A DNA stretch of 64,000 bases, taken from the NCBI GenBank assembly GCA_001661245.1, contig KV454018.1, positions 805,996 through 869,995 on the forward strand. Direction: 5' to 3'. This DNA is from Pachysolen tannophilus NRRL Y-2460. Lineage: Eukaryota. Below are positions 34,801 to 43,858 of this stretch, in pieces (the first letter of the stretch is position 1; the number at the start of each line of letters is the position of its first letter). The notes beneath the pieces were generated by a model that was not told the origin of the DNA, did not search any database, and was given only the letters and a program-made list of their open reading frames with translations. The translations under genes and the position numbers were made by a program.

Positions 34801-35843
34801 TTCAGGTAAATGCCAATAATACTGTTCAAAAATTGTTGAAAAAAATTGGAACAAAAGTTTTAGAGGCTGAAGATTTTATGGATGATGGATCAAGAATTCT
34901 GCTTAGAGTTGATGTTAATGGCGACGACGGTACTGCTGTTTTAGATTTTACTGGAACAAGTGATGAAATGTATGGTAACTTGAATGCACCAGAAGCTATC
35001 ACTTATTCAGCTCTTATTTATTGTTTAAGATGCATTGTTAATGAAAGTATTCCTTTGAATCAAGGATTCTTACGTCCTTTAAAAGTCATTATTCCGAAAG
35101 GGTCACTTTTGTCTCCATCTGATGGTGCTGCTGTTGTAGCTGGAAATGTTATGACATCACAAAGAATTACAGATGTTGTTTTTAAAGCATTTAAGACAAT
35201 GGCTGGTTCTCAAGGAGACTGTAATAATTTCACATTTGGTAATGGAGGAAATTCTGAGAATGGTGATTATAAAAAAGGTTTTGGTTATTATGAGACCATT
35301 GCTGGAGGCCATGGAGCTGGACCAACTTGGGATGGTGTTTCTGCGGTCCACACTAATATGACAAATACTAAGATGACCGATGTTGAAGTTTTCGAAAAAA
35401 GATATCCTGTTATCTTGAGAGAATTTTCCATAAGACAAAACTCTGGTGGTAATGGTAAATTTAAAGGTGGTAATGGTGCAGTTCGTGATATTGAATTTAG
35501 AGTTCCATTGACACTGTCGATATTATCAGAACGTCGTGTCAACATGCCATATGGTTTACTTGGAGGTCAACCAGGTTCCAGAGGTCTTAACTCTTGGGTT
35601 AGAAGAATCTATGACAAAGATGGAAACTTTGTGGGCACAAGAACAATTAATATTGGAGGTAAGAATACAGTAAACGTTCAAGCTGGTGACAGAATTGTAT
35701 TAAAAACCCCAGGTGGTGGTGGTTATGGTAGTCCTGAAGAAGTCGCAAAAGATGAAGAGTACAATAAAACGTTGAACCCAACGTTCAAGTATGTTGGTAC
35801 TGGTTCCATTGCCATTCGTCATGAAACACAATACGGTAATTGA
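31875..35843 (+). CDS. OXP1: ATP-dependent 5-oxoprolinase
   Basis: IAIDRGGTFTD, GTTVATNALLERKG, SGPAGG, NVKERLDFSCA, HIPVHLGSM, YYETIAGG, HTNMTNT and TPGGGGYG; first ATG at 31875. Confidence 0.96.
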   Translation: MDGVRIAIDRGGTFTDVIAFVPGKENYVFKLLSVDPSNYDDANIEGIRRVLEHASGKNIPRGQPLDTSLVRSLKLGTTVATNALLERKGERCALVTTKGFKDALVIGNQTRPHIFELAIRRPDVLYETVVEIDERVTLEDYAEDPEQIYTAVDCNNKDKNLVQGVSGETVRILKRPDFEGIKSTLKILYNTGIRSIGVCLLHSYTFPDHEKIVGDIAKEIGFSHISLSSDISPMIKYVPRANSSIADAYLTPEIKKYLTSFQRGLKDGLQSVVDNKTTGVRCQFMKSDGGMVDSSKFSGLKAILSGPAGGVVGLAETSYNPKNNIPLIGLDVGGTSTDCSRFDGKYAHVFETTTAGITVQSPQLDINTIAAGGGSRLFYENGLMRVGPESAGAHPGPVCYRKNGYLTVTDANLLLGRLVPEFFPKIFGPNENEELDQETTFKEFAKLTELINKESPDKKMTPEEVASGFLNVANEAMARPIRTLTEAKGHVLENHRLVSFGGAGGQCCCFVAFEKLGINTVLIHRYSSVLSAYGMALADVVEEVQEPSSLILNEENKNAINSTFKSLTEKARQALMIQDFSDSDITYEKYLNLRYRGTESAIMTLSDDNIDSYQSNFLDLHKKEFGFVFTDKDIIIDDFRVRAIGKAHTISTPSVDDQIESLKLKNEIKRVSSSSAKFTRKTYFEGKWIPTNVYRLEDLLIGSEILGPAIIADGTQTNVIPPDSVVLILETHVVVTNTKEKVSKSSKIGEGVQIEPVLLSIFGHRFIDIAEQMGNSLQKTAVSTNVKERLDFSCALFDADANLVSSAPHIPVHLGSMGTFVKFQSNLWKGKLKEGDVLVGNHPIAGNTHLPDITVLTPVFHEGKIFFYLASRAHHSDIGSSLPGSMPPNSKELWEEGASIYSEFLVKDGVFQEERMEQLLLVEPAKYPGCSGTRKLSDNISDLKAQVAANQKGIGLVKRLVSEFSLNVVLAYMEAIQVNANNTVQKLLKKIGTKVLEAEDFMDDGSRILLRVDVNGDDGTAVLDFTGTSDEMYGNLNAPEAITYSALIYCLRCIVNESIPLNQGFLRPLKVIIPKGSLLSPSDGAAVVAGNVMTSQRITDVVFKAFKTMAGSQGDCNNFTFGNGGNSENGDYKKGFGYYETIAGGHGAGPTWDGVSAVHTNMTNTKMTDVEVFEKRYPVILREFSIRQNSGGNGKFKGGNGAVRDIEFRVPLTLSILSERRVNMPYGLLGGQPGSRGLNSWVRRIYDKDGNFVGTRTINIGGKNTVNVQAGDRIVLKTPGGGGYGSPEEVAKDEEYNKTLNPTFKYVGTGSIAIRHETQYGN

Positions 35844-36191
35844 TTAACCAAACTTTGAGAAATTTTTATATATGCATTCGTTGTTTTTTTTTCCCTGATT
35901 TTTTTTTTTTTTTTTTTATTTTATTTCTTTTACTTTTATTAATTTGATTTCACTTTTAGTTATTATAGTTTAATAGATACTCAACATCAACTTCAATATC
36001 ATACTCATCATCATTGTCATCGTTACCATTAACTTAACTAGTCATATTAACTGGTTAGGGGCTCTGATGAATTAAACCTCTTATTAATGGTAGTGTTCAT
36101 AAGATCAAAATAATAATTTGAGCTTCAAATACACTACCACTATTTTTTCATTACTTAACTAACGATAAGTTAGTTATAAGAAGGTGTCTTA

Positions 36192-36222
<31 letters not shown>

Positions 36223-36262
36223 GGTTGGTTCACTTTAATATGCCAAATGCTATTTGGAGACG

Positions 36263-37063
36263 ATGAAAAGATATCCGGATTTGTCAGTGTTGATAAAATT
36301 TTTATTTATTAGTACGCCACCGCCGCTGACTCAAAAAGATGTATCATTTGTATATAATAAGGTGATAAAAGACGTTTGTGAAAAGTTGAACAGGAAATTT
36401 GATGATGATATCTTTTTAAAACCATATCTACAAAAATATAGCTTGGAAAAGAGTCCGACCAAGATTGTCTCATATGTTCAGTCACCTGGAATAAATAGAT
36501 TGGTTAGATTCAATAGATATGTTAGTGTGACATTTGAAACACCAGTGCTTCAAAAACCAGAAGCAAAAGAAATTTTGCCTATTACAATTAAGAATGAAAT
36601 TATAAATTATAAACACTCTCAACTACTTTTAAATTTTTCTTCTATAAAAGCTGTTCTTACATCATCATTTTATGAAAAATTGTTTGAGGATAAAGTTATT
36701 GAAAATGAAGATCAAGAAGACAAATTGATACGAAGACAAGACATATATTCAAAAAGACTTGATTTCCCTTTTAGATCACAACAGTCGTTGCATTCAAAGT
36801 CTCTTCCTGAAAATTTGAGTAAGGCAGACTATAAAACACCTTATTGGTGTTATCATGATAATGATAAAAATAAAATTGACTTTACAGATATAAAAATACG
36901 AGATATTGATTTCAATAAAGCTTTTCAATTTTCGATGATAGAACATCAAAGGGGAAAAGATATTTTTACTGATGGTTTAGGCGCATATGATGAAGACAAT
37001 TTAAAAAAGGGGGAGCTCAGAAGAGACTCGTTATTATTTGGATTCAAAGGTTTTGTAAATTGA
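36263..37063 (+). CDS. Hypothetical protein
   Basis: ORF of about 266 codons from ATG 36263; no family confidently recognised; true start uncertain. Confidence 0.65.
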   Translation: MKRYPDLSVLIKFLFISTPPPLTQKDVSFVYNKVIKDVCEKLNRKFDDDIFLKPYLQKYSLEKSPTKIVSYVQSPGINRLVRFNRYVSVTFETPVLQKPEAKEILPITIKNEIINYKHSQLLLNFSSIKAVLTSSFYEKLFEDKVIENEDQEDKLIRRQDIYSKRLDFPFRSQQSLHSKSLPENLSKADYKTPYWCYHDNDKNKIDFTDIKIRDIDFNKAFQFSMIEHQRGKDIFTDGLGAYDEDNLKKGELRRDSLLFGFKGFVN

Positions 37064-37135
37064 AATTTCTATATTAATTTTTTTTTTTTTTCAAATTGAA
37101 TCCAAAACTAGATAAACTTTGTAGAAATAAAGAAT

Positions 37136-38152
37136 TCATTTCCAGTATTTGTCATTAATTGGACGTTCTTTAGGAACTTTTTCAATTCCGTTTGCTTCTT
37201 TTAATCTAAATTGAACAACTTTTAACAAATTGTAGATAACATTTAAAGTAGGAGCTGCAACGCCTAATTCGTTGGCGACTCTCAATAAATTTCCTAGAAT
37301 GACTTCCAACTCAATTGGATTACCCTTATCTGCATCAACCAACATTGACGGTCTGAAATAATCACCATCATCCGAATGGATTGCACTATTTATAGCATCA
37401 TCTGATAATTCACAACCATCAGCTTTTGCAATGGCAATAATTTCTCTCATTGCTGGAAGAACAATAGTATCTATACCACCAGAAAGTTCTAATCTACCTG
37501 TATCAACACCAGTCAATGTGCAGATGGTATTGAAAGAGGCATTGTATACTAATTTTTTGTATCTGTTCCATTTACCATCAGGGAAATATGTACAATTATT
37601 TTTTTCATTTGAATATAACAGAATAAATTCTTTTGTTTTTGCTTCATTGACTTCTTTGGAAACTGTTGAATTTTCAAAATAACTAACAAAAGATTTATCT
37701 TGCTGAGTTTGATGGATTTCACCATGAAAATTATGTGAACCTATATGTGAAACACCTGAAATAATAACATGCCCAGGATATTTTGCAATTAATGGTCTAC
37801 CGAGATCAAATCCGTTTTGGAAAAGAGCGACAGATGTATGTTCAGAGACAACAGGCTCAATTAAATCCTCCACTTTAATAATATCAGGCAAGTTTTTAGT
37901 TGCAACCACAATGAAATCAAATGGACCATAAGATGCTGCAGCTTCCACATTGGGGAAAATATTATCTGGTTTCCAATTTTTTATTTCACCATAATCACAG
38001 GAATTAATGTTATAACCATTTTCTTTGACTTTTTCGTAATCTCTCCTAACAACGATGGAAATATCTGCTTTGCCAACATAATAAATACCGTAAGCAACAA
38101 TAGTACCAACACCTCCTGGTCCAATTAACAAAATCTTAGGTTTAGTCTCCAT
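37136..38152 (-). CDS. Ketopantoate reductase (ApbA/PanE) family oxidoreductase
   Basis: Rossmann GPGGVG, ATKNLPD, FQNG, KLVYNASFN and PSMLVD...GNPIELE motifs. Confidence 0.88.
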   Translation of the reverse strand: METKPKILLIGPGGVGTIVAYGIYYVGKADISIVVRRDYEKVKENGYNINSCDYGEIKNWKPDNIFPNVEAAASYGPFDFIVVATKNLPDIIKVEDLIEPVVSEHTSVALFQNGFDLGRPLIAKYPGHVIISGVSHIGSHNFHGEIHQTQQDKSFVSYFENSTVSKEVNEAKTKEFILLYSNEKNNCTYFPDGKWNRYKKLVYNASFNTICTLTGVDTGRLELSGGIDTIVLPAMREIIAIAKADGCELSDDAINSAIHSDDGDYFRPSMLVDADKGNPIELEVILGNLLRVANELGVAAPTLNVIYNLLKVVQFRLKEANGIEKVPKERPINDKYWK

Positions 38153-38957
38153 TTAGATCTCAACTTTCTTCTTCTTTTTCTTTTTTTTTCTTCTCAACTA
38201 GTTTACCAATAATATAGTAATAAGAATTTTATTCAAGAATCCAAATAATTGGAATTCAAGTTGTTAATATAATTTGGTAGCTGGTAGCTGGCAGCTCTCG
38301 CCGCTTTCCTCTCTGGCCGCTTAAAGTACCTCGATAAGATTTTTGGGTATCATGCAGGAATACAATAAGAAAACAGTGGTAGTGTTCTTAAAATTGATCA
38401 TTTCCTGCAGAAATTTGAGTGTACAACTTTAGTTAAAGCCGCCTTCGTAAACCAATTGCTGTTATAACCTATTTAAGATGTAGAAACAATTTATGAAATT
38501 TTTCAAGACTTTACCCTTTTAAAGATTTTTCAGCTACTCAACTAGTTTTTTCTTTTAGATTGGTAATTTTCTTTTTGCTGAAAATGTTCATTCAGATCTT
38601 GAAGAAAGAAACTATGCAATTGGATGAGCCGCATGGTATGAAGTGTATATATTAATTTTTTTTTTCTATAATTAATTTTCCGTTTTAGAGAACTATTATT
38701 CAAGTCAGATATCAATATTGATATCGATCAGTAAAATTATTGTGGGGATAATTAAAGCATTAAATCTCTACAAAGAACGCACCCCAAAAGAAAAGCAAAA
38801 AAAAAAAAATAAGATATTAACAAGCATTAAGGGAAAAGTCTAAAAACGTAGAAAAACAAAAAAAAGAAAAAAAAATAAAACATTTTCTTGAAATTGAGAC
38901 AAAAGATGAAAAGATGGAAACATGGTAACCTCTTAAGAGATTAGTATTCCTCATATT

Positions 38958-40391
38958 CTATTTGGATTTAATCAATTTATCGGCTAAATCTTTATCCTTT
39001 TCCAAAGTATCATATAAAAATTGAATACCAGTTTGCTGTTTCAGTAAAACTCTACTAATTTTATTAATAACATGTTTATTATTAATACTTTCACGGTTGT
39101 TACCATTATTATTGATTTGTCCATTCATTTCATTTAACATGTTTACATTTTCTAATCTTGAAGAAAAATTGTTAGCTCTTTCTTTCAAGTTTGATAATCT
39201 TGCCCATAATTCATTAACTTTTCCTAATCCATTTGGATCTTCAACAATTTGAACCAACCTATTAAATTCAGCTGATAAATTTTCTTCTTCTGAAGATAAA
39301 GGATAACCAACAGATTTTAAAACAGATATAATTATAGCAATTTTTAATAATTTTTGTTCTAAAAGTTTATGTCTCAATTTACAAGATGTTAATCTTTTAG
39401 ATGTGACTAAATCTTGTTTATCTGATAATGTTTTCAAATTTTGATTTATTTCATTTAATAAAATTCTTATTTGTTTTATATGTTCAGTTTGAACTTGTGA
39501 TCTTTTCAATAAATCTTCAAAACCTTTTGCCTTTACCGGTATAGAATTGTACCTACTTGGTCTATCTCTCATTGCTGTTTCCCATTCTTCAGGTAATTCA
39601 TCAGGTGGTCTTTGAAAATTTAATTCATTTGTAAAAATCTTGTTATAAAAATGAGTTTTCAACAAACAACTTGAAGAATTCGGATCCCAAGAATTTTTAA
39701 TTTTTAACAACTGATCACTGATAGTTGGTGTAAAATCATCTTGAGAGAGTTGTTGAGTTTCAATTGGATAATGCTGAAATAAAGGCTGCTGTTGTTGTTG
39801 TTGTTGTAATTGTTGTTGTTGTTGCTGCTGCTGCTGATTCTGATTCTGATTTTGATTTTGATTTTGGTTCAGAAACTGATTTGACGACTGTTGGGACCAA
39901 GGAAACGTAGGTTGCTGATTCTGAAACTGATTCTGCTGTTGAGACCAGGGATATGTAGGTTGTTGTTGCTGCTGCTGCTGCTGCTGTGGCTGTTGCTGTT
40001 GTTGCTGTTGTGGTTGCTGATTTGATGAACCAAAAAGACCTCCACCGGCAGATGTATTTGCATTTGAATTTGTATTCATATTCCCAAACAAACTCCCTCC
40101 AGCATTATTGTTTGTATTTGAATTCGTATTACCAAATAAACCACCAGAACTGGTTGCATTATTTCCCATATTATTGCTACCAAACGCATTCACATTCGCA
40201 TTAGCATTCGTGTTTGTATTACTTCTATTATTGAACAATCCATTCCCAGCACTACCGCTTCCAAAACCACCAAATCCAGCACTACCGCCGCCAGCACTAC
40301 CGCCGCCGCCAGAATTATTATTATTATTATTATTATTGTTATTACCGCCAAAGGAAAACCCTGAATTACCCAAACTCAGATTTCCAAACAT
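38958..40391 (-). CDS. NUP57: FG/GLFG nucleoporin Nup57 (Nup54 family)
   Basis: N-terminal GGLFG/SLFG repeats; KIKNSWDP, HFYNK, GFEDL..R, GYPLSSEEE and G..NELWARL motifs. Confidence 0.9.
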   Translation of the reverse strand: MFGNLSLGNSGFSFGGNNNNNNNNNNSGGGGSAGGGSAGFGGFGSGSAGNGLFNNRSNTNTNANANVNAFGSNNMGNNATSSGGLFGNTNSNTNNNAGGSLFGNMNTNSNANTSAGGGLFGSSNQQPQQQQQQQPQQQQQQQQQPTYPWSQQQNQFQNQQPTFPWSQQSSNQFLNQNQNQNQNQNQQQQQQQQQLQQQQQQQPLFQHYPIETQQLSQDDFTPTISDQLLKIKNSWDPNSSSCLLKTHFYNKIFTNELNFQRPPDELPEEWETAMRDRPSRYNSIPVKAKGFEDLLKRSQVQTEHIKQIRILLNEINQNLKTLSDKQDLVTSKRLTSCKLRHKLLEQKLLKIAIIISVLKSVGYPLSSEEENLSAEFNRLVQIVEDPNGLGKVNELWARLSNLKERANNFSSRLENVNMLNEMNGQINNNGNNRESINNKHVINKISRVLLKQQTGIQFLYDTLEKDKDLADKLIKSK

Positions 40392-40807
40392 AGTAATTCC
40401 AAAATTATCTTAATCACTCAAACAAACAATTAAATTAAAAATTGGTGGTACAAACTTTTATCTTTATAAATCAAACTGTCCTCTCTATAACTCAACTTCC
40501 TAATGATTCAAGATAATACTTTTCACTTAAAACACAATCAATTCTAATATTAAACTTGTTTACTATTTAATTATATATATATATATATTATTACAAAGGA
40601 AAATTTTTGGTCACAGTTCAAAACAAAAANAAAAAAAAAACAGCAGCGATCTGCCAAAAATGTTGACCCAAAAAACGTGTCAATAGAAATGACCCTTTTG
40701 GGTCATTTCCAAATATTTAAGGGCCAACAGGCCGTATTTAAGAAGTAAAAGTTGAATATATAATTATATAAATATATGAGATTAATTGATATTTGTGATT
40801 GATCAAG

Positions 40808-41365
40808 ATGGCTTCCACGTCTCATACCAATGATTCTTTGAATACTTCGAAGCAAACTGATAGATTGAAAGAAACGCGGTATGTTTTTGAGAATGATTTA
40901 TTACCTCAAGAGATTCCTGAAGTTGATGAGATTGGAGCTACTACAGCTCCATTAGTTAGTGCATCTTTTTATATTGGTGCTAGATGTCAACCATATAATG
41001 ATGATTATATGCTTTGTAATCAGGAGGCTAAAGGTACTGGTCAAATTGATTGTTTGAAAGAAGGCCGTCGAGTCACTAGGTGTGCTGCTTCTGTTTTAAA
41101 AGATTTAAATAAAAATTGTTCAGAAGAATTTAGATTACATTGGAGATGTCTTGGTCAAAATAATTTAGAATTTAAAGGTTGTAGAAAAGCAGAATTATTA
41201 TTAAATAATTGTGTTTTCCAAAAATTAAATTTAACAAAGACAATCCCTGGAATTGAAGAAAAAGATCAAATTCATTTAAAAGAAACCCCAGTTATTAAAC
41301 CTTTATCTTTACATCAAGATTCTGATAAAGCTTATGCAAAGGCAAAGGCTGAAGGTAAAATCTAA
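40808..41365 (+). CDS. NADH:ubiquinone oxidoreductase subunit NDUFA8/NUPM (twin CX9C)
   Basis: IPEVDEIGATTAPL.SASFYIGARC..YNDDYMLC and CLKEGRRVTRCA, with four CX9C pairs. Confidence 0.92.
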   Translation: MASTSHTNDSLNTSKQTDRLKETRYVFENDLLPQEIPEVDEIGATTAPLVSASFYIGARCQPYNDDYMLCNQEAKGTGQIDCLKEGRRVTRCAASVLKDLNKNCSEEFRLHWRCLGQNNLEFKGCRKAELLLNNCVFQKLNLTKTIPGIEEKDQIHLKETPVIKPLSLHQDSDKAYAKAKAEGKI

Positions 41366-41382
41366 CCAAAACTTATTTATTT

Positions 41383-41418
<36 letters not shown>

Positions 41419-41842
41419 TTTTATTTTATTTATTTGACCAATTTATGATTTTTTTTTTTTTTTCTTCAACTCATTCACACTAGGAACCACTGTCTAGAAT
41501 CAGCGCTGATTAACTGATCAATTGGCCAATGGTCCAATGATCCAACTAGCCAACTAGCCCTCTTCTCTCTCCACTTGCTAATCTTATCTTTTACAACTCT
41601 TTTCATCCATAATGACTTATTAATTTAATTTGGTTGAAAATTTGGAGGTCGTGTAAATGCAACAGCAATTTATAGCTTTGGATTTTTCAGTTTCTCTTTT
41701 ATCTTTTAAACCGCAAAGATAACATCATGTTTAAATGATATATTAATAATATAAAAGATTAAAAAGAACTTTTTTTTGTCTTTTTTATTATCATGATTTT
41801 TGATCGTTGATAGTTATAGATTAAAGAATATTTATTTTTGAA

Positions 41843-43396
41843 ATGTCATCATTAGAGAGAAGGGTGTTTTCTCCAAGGGCTTCAAGTACATCGAGGATGT
41901 CTTCAAGATCGAATTCTCGTGGACCAAGTTCTCGTGGTCCAAGTTCTGATATTTCTTCAGATTTTGATAGTGATGACGAATTTAATTTTGAAGAATTTAA
42001 TGATATGCTTTCGTTTTATAAACAAGATCAATTAAGTGATGTTGGAATTGGAATTGGTAGTGGTAGTAGTGATGAACTGGAAAAAATTTCAAAAATTGGT
42101 AAGGAAAAAGATTCAAAAAATCCATTAACAAATTCAATATCAGAAATTTTAACTTCTTTAGATCTTCCAAGAACTACAGTTAGTACTTCATCTAGAGAAG
42201 CATTATTAGCACAATTATTTCATTTAATTATATCCAAACCATTAAAACTGCTTGATGTTCAATATGTAACGGAATTTAATACTGAACAATTAATTAATTT
42301 TTATAACAATTCAAGAAGTTTAAATGAAAGTTTATTAGCTTTAAGAACTTTAACAACTTTTGTTTGTAGTGATATTGATGAAGTATCATCATTAATTTTA
42401 TCAGAATTAATACCTAGCTTGAAAAGACAAATTTCATTGGTTGATGAAATTGAACCTAATTTACGTTCAAATTTGATTTTAAGTTTTAGTTCTCTCTTAA
42501 TGTGTATTATTGATGGTTCTGGTGCATATGGTATGGATGAACATATCGAATTTTTATTTGAATTGATTGAAGGTTTATTGATCTCGGAAAATTATCAGGA
42601 AGAGACCGATGTCTTTGTTTCAGCTTTATATGCTATTGGATTACTTTTAACTTTAATATATAATAATGGTGAAAATAATACAACTCTGTTAAATGAACTT
42701 ATTGAAGATAATTTACCAAGATTAGTTGATAATAATTTTTTGGAAAATCCAAATATTAATATAAGTAAAGCTACTGGAAAGCTAATTGCATTAATGTATG
42801 AATTATATGATTATCATGATTACGAAATTGAAGATGAAGAAGATGAGGATTATAATAATACTTATAGCCCATATTATGATGCTTCAAAGATAATAGTTGT
42901 CTTGAAGAGTTTATCAACAATATCATCTAAAAAATTAAGTAAGAAAACTAAAAAGGAAAGTCATTCAATTTTTAGAGATATATTGAAAACAGTTGAATCT
43001 TATTCGGAATCAAAGGAATCAAGACTTGAACTAACTAAAGATCCAATTGTTTTAACACATTCAAAATTATCAAAATCAAGATCAATCTCTGTAAAATCAT
43101 GGTATTCATATTTTAGATTATTTCATTTACGTTGGTTATTCGGACTGCATTTGCACGATCAATTAAATTGCAATTCCGAGTTGAGTAATTTGATTAGACC
43201 ACCTCAGAAAAATAAATTTGACAAGTTTTCTGTCGATGCAGATTATCAAGAAACAGAAGAAGTAGAAAATGAGGGATACGCGGATAATGGTGCTAAGAGA
43301 AAGATCAAAGACAAGAAAAAGACAATTCAAATTAATAACTCTAGGATGGAAAAATTTAGAAGAGAGTTTGGTGATGTAAATGTGCGAGACGAGTGA
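41843..43396 (+). CDS. Interferon-related developmental regulator (IFRD)-like helical-repeat protein
   Basis: Ser/Arg-rich N-terminus, SSREALL, K..GKLIALMYE, S.KK.SKK.KK....FRDIL and SWY...RL.HL...G...H...N patterns. Confidence 0.65.
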   Translation: MSSLERRVFSPRASSTSRMSSRSNSRGPSSRGPSSDISSDFDSDDEFNFEEFNDMLSFYKQDQLSDVGIGIGSGSSDELEKISKIGKEKDSKNPLTNSISEILTSLDLPRTTVSTSSREALLAQLFHLIISKPLKLLDVQYVTEFNTEQLINFYNNSRSLNESLLALRTLTTFVCSDIDEVSSLILSELIPSLKRQISLVDEIEPNLRSNLILSFSSLLMCIIDGSGAYGMDEHIEFLFELIEGLLISENYQEETDVFVSALYAIGLLLTLIYNNGENNTTLLNELIEDNLPRLVDNNFLENPNINISKATGKLIALMYELYDYHDYEIEDEEDEDYNNTYSPYYDASKIIVVLKSLSTISSKKLSKKTKKESHSIFRDILKTVESYSESKESRLELTKDPIVLTHSKLSKSRSISVKSWYSYFRLFHLRWLFGLHLHDQLNCNSELSNLIRPPQKNKFDKFSVDADYQETEEVENEGYADNGAKRKIKDKKKTIQINNSRMEKFRREFGDVNVRDE

Positions 43397-43858
43397 TGAG
43401 CTGTTTGTTCTTTCTATATTTTTTTTTTTATTATTTGCTCTTGGATCTTTGAGAGATTCAAAATTACCTGACAATTCTTTTTTAATATCAAAAAATTAAT
43501 TCATTTCTTTAAGAGCTTGGTTTAATTATTTATTTAATTTATTACATTACGATTATTTGATTTTGTAATTTATATCTTCCACCCTTTTGGTTTTAATAAT
43601 GTGATCATAAGTCATGAGCTAAAAATTAAAAAAAAAAAAAAAAAAAAAAGTGTAGCAAAAACCCACTGAGATTACTTCTTGATAAAAAATATTGAAAACA
43701 CCTAAATGGATAAATGAAATTAAGCAAAAAAAGAAAAAAAAAAATTCAATACAAAAATTCCCCAAAAAAATTAACCCCTCCAAAAATAAAAAGTGAAAAT
43801 AAAAAATAAATAAAAAAAAAAGAAACAAAAAAAAAAAAAACTCATTGATTTACATTAT

